Origin: Candidatus Melainabacteria bacterium RIFCSPHIGHO2_02_FULL_34_12
GTDB taxonomy: Bacteria > Cyanobacteriota > Vampirovibrionia > 2-02-FULL-35-15
DNA: 64,000 bases
Assembly: GCA_001784555.1 (NCBI GenBank)
Contig: MFRM01000006.1
Coordinates: 34,244 to 98,243, forward strand
Direction: 5' to 3'
Shown: piece after piece, positions 39,587-49,775 of the stretch
How the letters are laid out: each line of letters begins with the position of its first letter
How positions within the stretch are numbered: the stretch's first letter is position 1
Notes under the pieces: generated by a model
The model's input: the letters and a program-made list of their open reading frames with translations, nothing else
The model's database searches: none
Told to the model about the DNA's origin: nothing
Position numbers and translations under genes: made by a program

Positions 39587-41155
39587 ATGAGTCACAAAAA
39601 AGCAATAATTATCGGTGCAGGTCCTGGAGGACTTACTGCAGCATATGAGCTGGTTCATAAAACAGATATTATTCCGATCGTTTATGAAATGAGTGGAGAT
39701 CTTGGAGGAATTGCAAAGACTGTTAATTATAAGGGAAATAGAATTGATATTGGCGGGCATAGATTTTTTTCAAAATCAGAGCGTGTAATGCAATGGTGGC
39801 AAAATATTCTCCCTTTGCAAGGAGCACCCTCAGGAGAAAACCTTCTTAGTACAACACTAATTTCTGAAGCTGGACCTGACCCTGAAAAAACAGATAAAGT
39901 CATGCTGATTAGAAATAGATTATCCAGAATATTTTTCCTTAGAAGATTTTTTAATTATCCGGTTTCAATGAACTTGAACACTTTTAATAATCTCGGAATC
40001 GTAAGGATGATAAAGATATTATTAAGCTATCTGAAAGTAAAAATATTTCCTGTTAAAGATGAAAGATCTCTTGAAGATTTTTTTATAAACAGATTTGGGA
40101 GAGAACTTTACCGCACTTTTTTTAAGGATTATACAGAAAAAGTATGGGGCGTCCCTTGTAACAAAATTAAAGCAGAATGGGGTGCTCAGAGAATTAAAGG
40201 GCTGTCTATTACAAAGACTGTATTGCATGCCTTGAAAAGTATTTTTATGAAAAGTACTTCACTTGGACAAAAAGAACTTGAGACGAGCCTTATTGAAAGG
40301 TTTATATATCCTAAATACGGACCAGGGCAAATGTGGGAGGAAGTAACCAGAATAGTACAAAATAAAGAAGGAGAAGTAATTTTAAATCATAAAATATCTG
40401 GTATTAGTTATGAAAAAAATAAAATTACTGGAGTAAAAATAAAAAATAGGCTTACAAATGAAGAAATACAAGTCGAAGGAGATTATTTCATTTCAACCAT
40501 GCCAGTTAAAGAACTTATTCAGTGTTTTGGTCTATCTGTTCCTGAAGAAGTAAGAAGAGTTGCAGAAGGATTAATGTATCGTGATTTTATAACAGTAGGT
40601 CTCTTGCTTAAAAAACTAAAGATAAAAAATGAAACTAAAACAAAAACAGCTAATAATATAATCCCTGATAATTGGATATATATTCAAGAAAGGGATGTTA
40701 GACTCGGAAGACTGCAAATATTTAACAATTGGAGCCCATACATGGTAAAAGACCCAAATACTGTATGGATTGGACTTGAATATTTTTGTAATATTGGAGA
40801 TGAATTATGGAGCATGTCAGATAAGACGTTTGCGAACTTTGCTGTTAATGAGCTTGAGAAAATTGAAATTATAGATAAAAATGATGTAATTGACAGTACT
40901 GTTATCAGAATGCCAAACACTTATCCTGCTTACTTTGGAACATATGATCAGTTTCATGTAGTAAGAAATTTTACTGACAGCTTTGAAAATCTTTTTTTAA
41001 TCGGAAGAAACGGAATGCATAGATATAATAACCAGGATCACTCCATGCTTACTGCCATGATTGCTATAGAAAATATTATTAATGGGATTAAAACTAAAGA
41101 AAATATCTGGTCTGTAAACGTAGAACAGGAATATCACGAAGAGAAATCTGCTTGA
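39587..41155 (+). CDS. FAD-dependent oxidoreductase, amine-oxidase superfamily
   Basis: [17 protein letters not shown] (GxGxxG) ... GGIAKT ... IDIGGHRFF. 522 aa. Confidence 0.5.
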   Translation: MSHKKAIIIGAGPGGLTAAYELVHKTDIIPIVYEMSGDLGGIAKTVNYKGNRIDIGGHRFFSKSERVMQWWQNILPLQGAPSGENLLSTTLISEAGPDPEKTDKVMLIRNRLSRIFFLRRFFNYPVSMNLNTFNNLGIVRMIKILLSYLKVKIFPVKDERSLEDFFINRFGRELYRTFFKDYTEKVWGVPCNKIKAEWGAQRIKGLSITKTVLHALKSIFMKSTSLGQKELETSLIERFIYPKYGPGQMWEEVTRIVQNKEGEVILNHKISGISYEKNKITGVKIKNRLTNEEIQVEGDYFISTMPVKELIQCFGLSVPEEVRRVAEGLMYRDFITVGLLLKKLKIKNETKTKTANNIIPDNWIYIQERDVRLGRLQIFNNWSPYMVKDPNTVWIGLEYFCNIGDELWSMSDKTFANFAVNELEKIEIIDKNDVIDSTVIRMPNTYPAYFGTYDQFHVVRNFTDSFENLFLIGRNGMHRYNNQDHSMLTAMIAIENIINGIKTKENIWSVNVEQEYHEEKSA

Positions 41156-41156
41156 T

Positions 41157-43085
41157 TTATTTATCCTCTTCAAATATTATTTCTGCATATCCTGGATTTA
41201 CACCTTCGGGAGGTACTGGATGTCCCCAACGATCTACTACAACAGGTTCCGAAAATGTAAGAACCATTTTATCTGTTTTAATAGGACTAAATTTTGCATG
41301 TTGAATTCTTTTTAAATATGTATCTGGGAATGAGAAATTCATTTCTGCTGAAAGATTTCCGTTTAAATAAAATTGTACGTTTAACTTTTCCCAGGATTCG
41401 AATAGTTTTGTTTGCCTGGATAATAACCATATTGACTTTATGACAGAAAGTTCTTTTGGAATTGCCTCAATTGTTATTGATCTGTTTCCTGGTATTATCC
41501 AATTTGAGTATACGTCATTATCATTTGCAGCTTCTAATTCTGAATTAATTGAAACCAGGTCATTATACTTTAGTGTAATAGGTATGCTGATTATATTTAC
41601 TACTATGTTCTTCCAGTCTGTTTCTTTTTCGAGAAAGATATTTGAAATAGGTTTAAAAAGATCCTTAAACATAAAATAATCTATTCTGTTTCTTGTTCTT
41701 AGTTCAGAGATTCCCAAAGCACTCCAGATTATTAAACTTACAACTGCTAAAATTATTGCTATTTTGTCTAAGATTATTTTTGTCTTATTTGTAAAATCAA
41801 ATTTTAAACAGAGGTAATACCATAAAATTATTACTATAAGTAAGAGAAAAGTAATTATTTCTGAACTGTATCGCATGCATGTGGCAGGTATAAGAAATAC
41901 AAACATAGAATTAATTATTAATGAAAGAAAAATTAATTTAAATTCAAACTTAGGGAAAGTAATGTTATTTGAAGAAATCACTGACTTTTGAATTAGTTTT
42001 GTAAATAAATAAAAGAGAGGGATAAATATAAACGGAACAGTTGATAGTATTCCTACCACTGGTTCTTTGTTAAAAAAACCAGTAACTTTTGCCAGAATCG
42101 GATACATAATAAATGGTCCATCATTATGAATATATGGAAAAACTGAATTAACTGCCGGCGGATTAAACAAATAATAAAATGGAGTAATAAAAAGATTAGC
42201 AATATCAAATTGGCGTTCTTTAGCAAAGTTATAAAGCCCTACCTGATAGGTAAAACCAAACTCAAAGATATTTCCAAATCGCAGATAGTTATATAGTCCA
42301 ATTAATGAAGCACAGACAAAAAATGGCAAAATTAATGCAAGCCCTGCATTAAATCTGGTTTTTGAGTCAATATTTTTCTTAATTTTATTCCATACTAAAA
42401 GAAATAAAACAGACATAACTAAAATTGTGGGTCGTGCTCCTGCTGCAAGACCCATAAATAGACTTCCTAACAAAAGTCTGGTTATACGATTTTTTTCTTC
42501 ATGGGCAGCCTTTATAAATAAATAAATCGAACCCATTAAAAAAAACAGTCCGCATAAAATTGCTACATTATATAAACCATTGTCTTCACGGACCATAAAT
42601 GGACCCCAGTTTGCAATTCCAAGTACTGCAACTGACAGAAAGATTTTCCAGTTTTCAATTTTCTGAAAATAGGTCCTTTGAATAAATAAAAGTATGGCAA
42701 CTGCCCAAGCAAATACACCAAACATAAATAGTACGCTTGCCAGCCTGTCTGTCATAGTAAGTCCTGTAAGTAACTTAAAAGGCAGATAAAGAAGAATTAC
42801 TGGTGTAATGCCAAAATATAGGTAATATTTTCCTTTATAAAGCGATGCATCATGCCAGCGGTAATGCATATTTGTCCATGGATCATATGGATCAGCTAAT
42901 TCAAGAAGTTTTGGATCAGGCTCTTTCGATAAATGAAGTTTTCCTGCAAGAAATGCGTCAGTCAGATGATTGTAAGAAATATAGCCACCTGCCCCGCCAT
43001 GATCCATATGAAAGTTAAATGCATCGCTTCCAGCAAGCCACAAATAAAACACAAGGACAATCATCATTATGTGACTAATTCTCAT
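41157..43085 (-). CDS. Polytopic membrane protein (GT-C-like) with a C-terminal discoidin-like domain; paralog 3
   Basis: MDHGGAGGYISYNHLTDAFLAGKLHLSKEPDPKLLELADPYDP...YKGKYYLYFGITPV matches the N-terminal loop of paralog 2. About 10 TM helices. C-terminal VYSNWIIPGNRSITIEAIP...IKSIWLLSRQ domain. Confidence 0.5.
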   Translation of the reverse strand: MRISHIMMIVLVFYLWLAGSDAFNFHMDHGGAGGYISYNHLTDAFLAGKLHLSKEPDPKLLELADPYDPWTNMHYRWHDASLYKGKYYLYFGITPVILLYLPFKLLTGLTMTDRLASVLFMFGVFAWAVAILLFIQRTYFQKIENWKIFLSVAVLGIANWGPFMVREDNGLYNVAILCGLFFLMGSIYLFIKAAHEEKNRITRLLLGSLFMGLAAGARPTILVMSVLFLLVWNKIKKNIDSKTRFNAGLALILPFFVCASLIGLYNYLRFGNIFEFGFTYQVGLYNFAKERQFDIANLFITPFYYLFNPPAVNSVFPYIHNDGPFIMYPILAKVTGFFNKEPVVGILSTVPFIFIPLFYLFTKLIQKSVISSNNITFPKFEFKLIFLSLIINSMFVFLIPATCMRYSSEIITFLLLIVIILWYYLCLKFDFTNKTKIILDKIAIILAVVSLIIWSALGISELRTRNRIDYFMFKDLFKPISNIFLEKETDWKNIVVNIISIPITLKYNDLVSINSELEAANDNDVYSNWIIPGNRSITIEAIPKELSVIKSIWLLSRQTKLFESWEKLNVQFYLNGNLSAEMNFSFPDTYLKRIQHAKFSPIKTDKMVLTFSEPVVVDRWGHPVPPEGVNPGYAEIIFEEDK

Positions 43086-43142
43086 AAAAAATATTTGTTC
43101 TTTTCATACTTACTTTTAGTTTACTTTTTTACTTTGTCATTG

Positions 43143-44849
43143 TTAATTTGTCCTGAGTTTAATGTGGTGATTTCCACGAGGAACTTCAAATCCAATAAAT
43201 CCTTTATCTGTAAGATATAAGTCTTTTGATTTTTTACCGTCAATATACAGCTCCCATGAGGGGTATAAATATTGTTTAACAATAAGAAAAGTCGGATTTT
43301 CAAGAGCTAAATCATAAAGAAAAGTATTTCCTTTTCTGTGATGTGAGAGGATTTCAGTACCTGGCTTCAGGTTCAGAATAAAATTGTTTGAATATTTTTC
43401 ATTTGTTCCAACCTCGTTTGCATAATTAAAATTAAATAAAATTGGTTCTGTTGTTTTAAGAAGTACACTCTGCGGACTGTGGCTGTTAGGAACCGTATAT
43501 TTTTCCCGGTAAAGCTGATTAAGCCATGATTCAGCATTGTAATTATTATGAACCATATCTTCGCCTGCAGAATGTAAGAATTTTGCACCGCTATAAAAAT
43601 GTAAAATAATAATAAGTATTAAAAACGGGATTTTTACCTTAAATTCATTAACAAGCAAAGCCATGATTATTGAACATAAAAAAGAATATACTAGAAATAA
43701 TCTCCATGAAAATTGAAGTCCATAAAGAATAGGCGGAAGATGCTGCCAGGCAGTTTTGCTTAAGAGGAGAATTATTGTTATTGATAAAGTACAAATTAAA
43801 AAAACAGCAAGGTTATTAAGCTGTATTTTTCGTTTTGCAATGAAAAGAAAAAGTAAAATTGCAATTGAAATAAGAAAAAGCTGACCTGCCTGCCATCTCT
43901 CTCCCGAATTACTCAGATCTAAAAACGCATAACACCAGCTTATATGCTCAAGCACTGTATTTAAATCTACCCGGTCAAATCCTCTGATATCACCGTTTAA
44001 GTGTTTTAGAGCATTATTTGCAGGAATTACATAAATAAGTGAAGCTGTTATGCCAATTACATTTGCAATAAACCAGTAGATGAGAGTGCTTTTATTTTCC
44101 TTTAAAAAAGTTTTTAAACTTCTTTTGATAAGTAAATAAACAAAGAAACCTAGGTGAATAAGCATAATAAAGAAAAAAGAAGGCATAAGATGGCTAATAA
44201 ATAAAACAGGAGTAAATAAAGCAATTAATATCCAGCCGTTTTTTTCTTTTAGAAAGAAAAGTTTATAAAACCCAAGAAAATAAAAAGGCATCCATGTAAA
44301 TATCCATAATTCTGAATATGCGTTTCTGGAATAAAGATCAATAAATCTGTAAGGAGAAAATAAATAAATAATTGCTCCAAATAAACTAATCAGATTTTTA
44401 GATTCTGAAGCATGGAAAATCTTTCTAAGAAGAAAGAACATCCCGACTTCTGAAATAATAAATGAAAGAAAAACGGCAACTTTCATGCCTGAAAAAACAT
44501 AATAATGATTATCAAAAAGAGAAGCTAAAGCTGAAGTAAAATAAATTACTATAAATGATAAAGGCTGATAAAAAGCCCAGTGGGGATTACCTTTTAATCC
44601 GGCATTGTCTGCTTGCCATATTATTGGCAGATGAAAATCTTCTCTTAAGGTTTTCACAACTTCTAATGCATTAAAAACAGTACCCATTGAATCATGTCCG
44701 CTAGGCCAGGTTTCATATTCAAAAAGCGGGATTAAAACATAATACGGTGCAATAATCAATACCAAGAGAATAATCCCGTATTGTTTTACAAGTTCAAAAA
44801 ATTTAGTTTTTGTGGAAGTAAACAAATTTTTACTATCTTTTAAGATCAT
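43143..44849 (-). CDS. YfhO-family polytopic membrane protein (putative GT-C glycosyltransferase), copy 1
   Basis: More than 10 TM helices. The C-terminal soluble tail ends ...YLYPSWELYIDGKKSKDLYLTDKGFIGFEVPRGNHHIKLRT, the YfhO-type Y-x-PGW-x-x-x-V-DG-K ... VP-x-G-x-H pattern. Confidence 0.5.
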   Translation of the reverse strand: MILKDSKNLFTSTKTKFFELVKQYGIILLVLIIAPYYVLIPLFEYETWPSGHDSMGTVFNALEVVKTLREDFHLPIIWQADNAGLKGNPHWAFYQPLSFIVIYFTSALASLFDNHYYVFSGMKVAVFLSFIISEVGMFFLLRKIFHASESKNLISLFGAIIYLFSPYRFIDLYSRNAYSELWIFTWMPFYFLGFYKLFFLKEKNGWILIALFTPVLFISHLMPSFFFIMLIHLGFFVYLLIKRSLKTFLKENKSTLIYWFIANVIGITASLIYVIPANNALKHLNGDIRGFDRVDLNTVLEHISWCYAFLDLSNSGERWQAGQLFLISIAILLFLFIAKRKIQLNNLAVFLICTLSITIILLLSKTAWQHLPPILYGLQFSWRLFLVYSFLCSIIMALLVNEFKVKIPFLILIIILHFYSGAKFLHSAGEDMVHNNYNAESWLNQLYREKYTVPNSHSPQSVLLKTTEPILFNFNYANEVGTNEKYSNNFILNLKPGTEILSHHRKGNTFLYDLALENPTFLIVKQYLYPSWELYIDGKKSKDLYLTDKGFIGFEVPRGNHHIKLRTN

Positions 44850-47800
44850 ACTCCTATGAAACTTGCAGGCGTGAAGTTTTTGTATTTTGAGAGGTTAATT
44901 TTTTTAGTGCCTCTGTTTTCAAATGAAATCTCAAGTTCATTTGTATCAAAATGATATATTGCTATGTCTGCTTTCCCGTCTCCATTATAGTCAGCTGGCA
45001 TTGGAATATCTCCTGCTTTGCCAAGAGTAAATGAATAATGGCTGGTGCCGCTTTTGGCAGGAACAAAGTCTTTAGCGTATGCAATATCCCATTTTCCGTT
45101 TTCGGGTGTCCACGTGGCAAGATCTACTTTCCCGTCTCCGTCATAATCTGCTGGGACTACTCTTGAAGTAAGGCTTCCAACAGTAACTAATATTTTAGTA
45201 GGGGTATTTGAACCACCGCATGCGCTGCCTCCAGTAGGTTTTTCTCCTAGACATGAAGAAAGATATAAATTAAATTCACCAAGATTCGGTTTAAAAATTA
45301 TGTAATCAGCTTTTTTATCTCCATCAATATCAGAATAAAGAACTGTATCTGCAACTGATGTATCAAAAGTATTTGTGTAGTAGTTCTCTGTAGTTGATTT
45401 ATATGTAGGCCATCTTCTGTCAAATGAGTTATAACAAGAAGTATCAGTTTTGCCGTCACCATCTACATCTGCCGGCAAAGGCATTTCACTCCATTCGCCG
45501 CACCATGTTCCATAGTAAGACTGAGAACCCTGTGATTTAAGAATATACCAGGTGGAGTTTGATTTATTAAACAATGCAATATCGGATTTAGAATCCCCAT
45601 CATAGTCTGCTGGTACAGGAACTAAAAGCTCTGAGCTGTTCAAGCCTGAGAGAAGTACTTTGTTTAAATCAATTTCTTTTTCGCTTTGATCTTTTCCATA
45701 TATAATGTGCCAGACTCTTCTAGCTTGATCATAAAAACCTATATCTGCTATTTTGTCACCATCAAAATCGTTTGACCTTGTGCTGTATGAGCCAAGATAA
45801 GGACAATCTGCAATTTCTTTTATGTAAGCAGGTGTTCTGTTATCATTTGATTCTAAAAGTTGACCTAGAAGTTGTTCGAAATTTGCCCCCGGGACTTGGG
45901 AAAGTGTTTTTGGCTCTACCTCATATAATTCTTTTAGATTTAATGGGTCATCGTTTTTGTTATTACTTAAACCAAGTTTTACCCCTTTATTTAAATAAGC
46001 ATTTAAAAGAATTTTTCTTGTCTGTGGAGAAAGAACCGATCTAAACATTCTTGGTGTCATATAAAGCCAGTTAATTTTTTTGCTCACCCATATTTTAGGA
46101 TCAAGTAAAAAAGCAGCTTTAAAATTTTCAGATGATTTATCAAGCAATTCTTTTTTTATTGAAGTATCTGTAATATTTGCAGACGGAATGATGTGGCTTA
46201 AACCGGTATTGTTAATAAAAACATCTACATATTGAGGTTCAGTAAGTATGGTTTCATTTTTTACATTTTTGTTTTTAAGATACTTTGTAAAAGCTATCTC
46301 TTCATCGTTTCCACCAGAAGCAATATCTACTGAAGCAGGTATTTGCTGAAGTCCGGAAAACTTCAATAATTTATGTTCGACAAAAAATAAAGGTTTATTT
46401 TTATCACCGAATATAAAGAACATCATCGTACATATACTGAGGGCTATCATAATAACTGCATAAAATGCAGTTAATTTTATTTCTTTAAGCTTAAATTGAT
46501 TTTCAGCAAAGTTTAAAGCAAAAGGCAAGGAAAATGCGCCAATTATATTGGCAGAAATAAACACCTTTCCTGCACCAGCTTCCGGAATGGAGACTAAATA
46601 AGGTATTGCAAGTGCACTGATGAAAAATGGCAATATAAAAAGTCCCCATGAGTGTTTTAATTTATATGCCTGAAAGAAGCCAAATGCATAAATGAGTAAA
46701 AGAATAAAATTACTTTCAAGAGGACTGTGTTTAAAATCAATATTTGTTTGACCAAGTTTATAAAGCTGTACAAAAGGTACCAGGTTTTTATCAAATCTTA
46801 CTGCATTTCCAAATAACACCCCAAGTACAATGGCTGTTAGTGCCATTATCCCAAGATTTCTTAAAAGAATTTTTTCATTTTCAATTTTATGCCATTCTCC
46901 GGGCAGTGCATAAGACAAAAGCAAATGAATAAATATTCCAAGAAAAAGAATTACAAGCTTTGAAACATCAATTATTACCAGGCTGCTAAGAAATACTCCA
47001 ACTAAAAGAGCAAATTTTATATTTTGTTCTTTGGTAAAAAGTTTATATGTCAGATATACACCTAATAAAAAGAAAAAACATCCTATTCCAAATGAAGGCT
47101 CAAAAAACCAGTGCAATACAAGTCCGGACCATTCTGCAGATGCAATTAGTTTATTTTGTGTTAAGTAATAAACTTTATCCAGCAAATTAATAGGAAGTTT
47201 TTCTCCCTGTTCTTTTATAAAGAAGGTGGTTATTGGTGCCCATGCTAAAAATGCCCCAAACGGAACCAGATAGCGGTTGATTTTTTTTGCAGAAAGAAAC
47301 TGTGATGATAGAATATAAAGAAGAAGAAAAATAAGATTTAAAAAGAGGATAGTGAGCACATCAAAGGAAATTTCCGGATGACTTCCCGAGATTTTTGATA
47401 ATGTACCGGCAAGTATATCTGCTCCGTAATGATATCTAAGGTTCAAGCCGGGAATTGAAAGATATTTAAGCGGATAAATATCATTTAATAGCTGATTTAC
47501 ATTAAATACATGCGTATTCCCAGACCCAAATTTATTAAGTTTAATTGTAGAAATTGCAGATGTAATATAAATTAAATTTATTGAGCCAAGCAATATCCAA
47601 AAATAAATATCAGTGTTTTGTTTGATTGAAGCAGCAATATTTTTACAATCATTACTAAGGCTGCTTAGTAATTGTTTTATTTCTTTAAATTGCCAGGAAA
47701 TTACAGCCAGAATAGTTATGCCAGAAACAATTAAGCTCATTAAAAAACTTTTTGAAATTGTACCTGCAATGTTTAGAATTATTAAAAAAGAAGAAATGCC

Positions 47801-47947
47801 CAGCCCCGTATTGATAAGAAATGAGAGCAATTTATTTTCTTCACTTATCTTTAGTTCTTTTTTAATTATGTGGCCAATTAAAGAGAACAGGGAAATTAAA
47901 ACAAAACTAAAAAGCAGGCATAAAAGTATTGTAAAGTTGAATTGCAT
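44846..47947 (-). CDS. Fusion protein: N-terminal roughly 560-aa polytopic membrane domain plus C-terminal FG-GAP/VCBS-type repeat (beta-propeller-like) domain
   Basis: The C-terminal roughly 330 aa contains at least 6 repeats of x-D-[YVI]-[DN]-GD-[GSK]-K-x-D, followed by an aromatic residue and a turn (FDGDKIADIGFY, ADYDGDSKSDIALF, ADVDGDGKTDTSCY, SDIDGDKKADYIIF, ADYDGDGKVDLATW, ADYNGDGKADIAIY). The N-terminal half is strongly hydrophobic. Confidence 0.55.
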   Translation of the reverse strand: MQFNFTILLCLLFSFVLISLFSLIGHIIKKELKISEENKLLSFLINTGLGISSFLIILNIAGTISKSFLMSLIVSGITILAVISWQFKEIKQLLSSLSNDCKNIAASIKQNTDIYFWILLGSINLIYITSAISTIKLNKFGSGNTHVFNVNQLLNDIYPLKYLSIPGLNLRYHYGADILAGTLSKISGSHPEISFDVLTILFLNLIFLLLYILSSQFLSAKKINRYLVPFGAFLAWAPITTFFIKEQGEKLPINLLDKVYYLTQNKLIASAEWSGLVLHWFFEPSFGIGCFFFLLGVYLTYKLFTKEQNIKFALLVGVFLSSLVIIDVSKLVILFLGIFIHLLLSYALPGEWHKIENEKILLRNLGIMALTAIVLGVLFGNAVRFDKNLVPFVQLYKLGQTNIDFKHSPLESNFILLLIYAFGFFQAYKLKHSWGLFILPFFISALAIPYLVSIPEAGAGKVFISANIIGAFSLPFALNFAENQFKLKEIKLTAFYAVIMIALSICTMMFFIFGDKNKPLFFVEHKLLKFSGLQQIPASVDIASGGNDEEIAFTKYLKNKNVKNETILTEPQYVDVFINNTGLSHIIPSANITDTSIKKELLDKSSENFKAAFLLDPKIWVSKKINWLYMTPRMFRSVLSPQTRKILLNAYLNKGVKLGLSNNKNDDPLNLKELYEVEPKTLSQVPGANFEQLLGQLLESNDNRTPAYIKEIADCPYLGSYSTRSNDFDGDKIADIGFYDQARRVWHIIYGKDQSEKEIDLNKVLLSGLNSSELLVPVPADYDGDSKSDIALFNKSNSTWYILKSQGSQSYYGTWCGEWSEMPLPADVDGDGKTDTSCYNSFDRRWPTYKSTTENYYTNTFDTSVADTVLYSDIDGDKKADYIIFKPNLGEFNLYLSSCLGEKPTGGSACGGSNTPTKILVTVGSLTSRVVPADYDGDGKVDLATWTPENGKWDIAYAKDFVPAKSGTSHYSFTLGKAGDIPMPADYNGDGKADIAIYHFDTNELEISFENRGTKKINLSKYKNFTPASFIGV

Positions 47948-48007
47948 AAACGATCCTCCTGGGTTTATGACGGATAGAATAAAAATTTTAGCCGTCTTTC
48001 AGTGAAT

Positions 48008-48172
48008 TATTATTGCGCCCGAGCGAAAAACTCGGGAGCTTGCTCCCGGAGATGTGAGCGAGTAGCAACAAAACGCCTCCTTACTAACGCCTCCTGATGC
48101 CCATGGCTCAAATCGGCGAAAAACTCTGTGAGCTTGCTCCAGAGATAGTCGATTTGAAGGGAGGCGTTTTAT
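48008..48172. repeat. GC-rich repeat/palindrome island in the divergent promoter region. It contains hairpins cccgag-cgaaaaa-ctcggg and gggagcttgctccc, a direct repeat GCGAAAAACTC(g/t)G(g/t)GAGCTTGCTCC x2 (48023-48046 and 48117-48140), and a long-range inverted repeat caaaacgcctcc (48069-80) / ggaggcgtttt (48159-70).
   Basis: Read from the sequence. It begins with tATTGCGccc, reminiscent of the ATTGCGAGG element termini. It overlaps the spurious track ORF 47999..48187. Confidence 0.5.
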
Positions 48173-48263
48173 AAAGTTTAATAACAAAGCTAGTTATATA
48201 CTTAGAAAGCTTTTTTATTTTAAGTCTGTAGGTTTTGAAACTATTTACTAGGGTTAATACAAG

Positions 48264-49775
48264 ATGCATCTGGAACAAATGAGAAAAAAATTATTATTTT
48301 TATTGCTGTTTAATTTAATTTTTTTTGAAGCAGGTTGCACTTTAAGCAACAATTTTTTTAATGCCAAGAAAAAGGCAAATAAGATAAATAATCTTTTAGA
48401 TATAAACAGTGACGGCAAATCTGATTTAATATTCTGGAATTGCCATAGTTTTGAAAAAGATTTAAATGAAAGTAATGAAAAGGGATATTTTGAAACCACT
48501 GAGTTAGAAAATACAAATTATCAGAAAATAAAATCAGGAAATCCAGGAGACATTCCTGTATTTGGGGATTTTAACGGAGATGGAGCAAGTGACTACGGCC
48601 TTTTTCAAAATGTGGATGGTGTAAACAGATGGTACTTAATTGATGGATTATCAAAAACAACATTTCAGGAAAGATATGGTTTTGTTACCGACATACCTGT
48701 GCCAAATGATTATGACGGTGACGGCAAATGTGATTTAGTAGTTTATAGACCTCATAACAACGGTTTTTACGGTACTTTGTCAGAAAAAAACAAGTTACTT
48801 GAAATCCACCTTGGGATTGCTGGCGACATACCTGTGCCAAAAGATTACGATGGCGATGGAATTGCTGATCTTGCAACATACAGGATAAACAGTGGAAGCT
48901 GGCTAATAAGAGAATCTAAAAATGACCTCCCGAAAATTTTAATGTTAGGTGGTAGAAAATATTTTCCTGTTCCTGCTGATTATGACGGTGACGGAAAAGC
49001 AGATTTAGCTGTGTGGAATCCTGGAAATAATGATTGTAAAATAGCTTTTTCTTCTTTTAGTCAGAAATTAAGTAATGAAACTGCAAAAAACATCAGAGAA
49101 AAGCTTAATGGAATGAAATTATTTCCTGCTTCTTCAGACTTTGATGGAGATGGAAAAAGTGAGCTTGCATTTTGGGAATATAAGACAAATATATTTCATG
49201 TATTCAAATTTAAAAACAATGACTTTGACTATAAACGCTATGAGCTGGCTATAAGTAAAAATACAACCCCAATCAATTATTTTTTATTAAAAAGATACAT
49301 TCAAATAAAAAATCGAAAAATTAATACGACAAATCTTCTGGAAATATACAAATCACAAAGTAAAACAAATGAATTCATTTGTGATGTAGACGGAGATTTT
49401 ATAAATGATAAAGGGAAATATGATGCTTCTGCAAAAACAATTGTCTTTAAAGAATCATCATCAAATACTGAAAAAAAACTGCCAGTGCCTTCTGCTGCTG
49501 GTAAATTTGCAGCTGGTGATTTCGACGGAGACGGTATGTGTGATGCAGCTTTTGCGGATATTGAGAGCAGAAAGCTTGTATATTTTTCAAATGGTTTTAA
49601 AACTTTAACTTCAATTGATCTTGATAAAAAGGCAAATGGAATACCATTTTCAGCTGATATTGATTTGGATTTTATGTCTGATCCTTTATTTTATAATCCA
49701 GACACTAAAATATTTGGATTTCAGCTTTCAAGTGAAGGTTATAGATACGATGAGGTAGAGGGAAGAGGTCAATGA
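48264..49775 (+). CDS. Secreted/lipoprotein FG-GAP/VCBS-type repeat protein
   Basis: Signal peptide LLFLLLFNLIFFEAGC followed by at least 7 repeats (DINSDGKSDLIFW, GDFNGDGASDYGLF, NDYDGDGKCDLVVY, KDYDGDGIADLATY, ADYDGDGKADLAVW, SDFDGDGKSELAFW, GDFDGDGMCDAAF). Confidence 0.6.
   Translation: MHLEQMRKKLLFLLLFNLIFFEAGCTLSNNFFNAKKKANKINNLLDINSDGKSDLIFWNCHSFEKDLNESNEKGYFETTELENTNYQKIKSGNPGDIPVFGDFNGDGASDYGLFQNVDGVNRWYLIDGLSKTTFQERYGFVTDIPVPNDYDGDGKCDLVVYRPHNNGFYGTLSEKNKLLEIHLGIAGDIPVPKDYDGDGIADLATYRINSGSWLIRESKNDLPKILMLGGRKYFPVPADYDGDGKADLAVWNPGNNDCKIAFSSFSQKLSNETAKNIREKLNGMKLFPASSDFDGDGKSELAFWEYKTNIFHVFKFKNNDFDYKRYELAISKNTTPINYFLLKRYIQIKNRKINTTNLLEIYKSQSKTNEFICDVDGDFINDKGKYDASAKTIVFKESSSNTEKKLPVPSAAGKFAAGDFDGDGMCDAAFADIESRKLVYFSNGFKTLTSIDLDKKANGIPFSADIDLDFMSDPLFYNPDTKIFGFQLSSEGYRYDEVEGRGQ

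Noticed and set aside
47999-48187. 62-aa minus-strand ORF from the six-frame track
   Set aside because: It lies entirely within the GC-rich palindrome/direct-repeat island and has a repeat-driven composition. It is almost certainly not coding.
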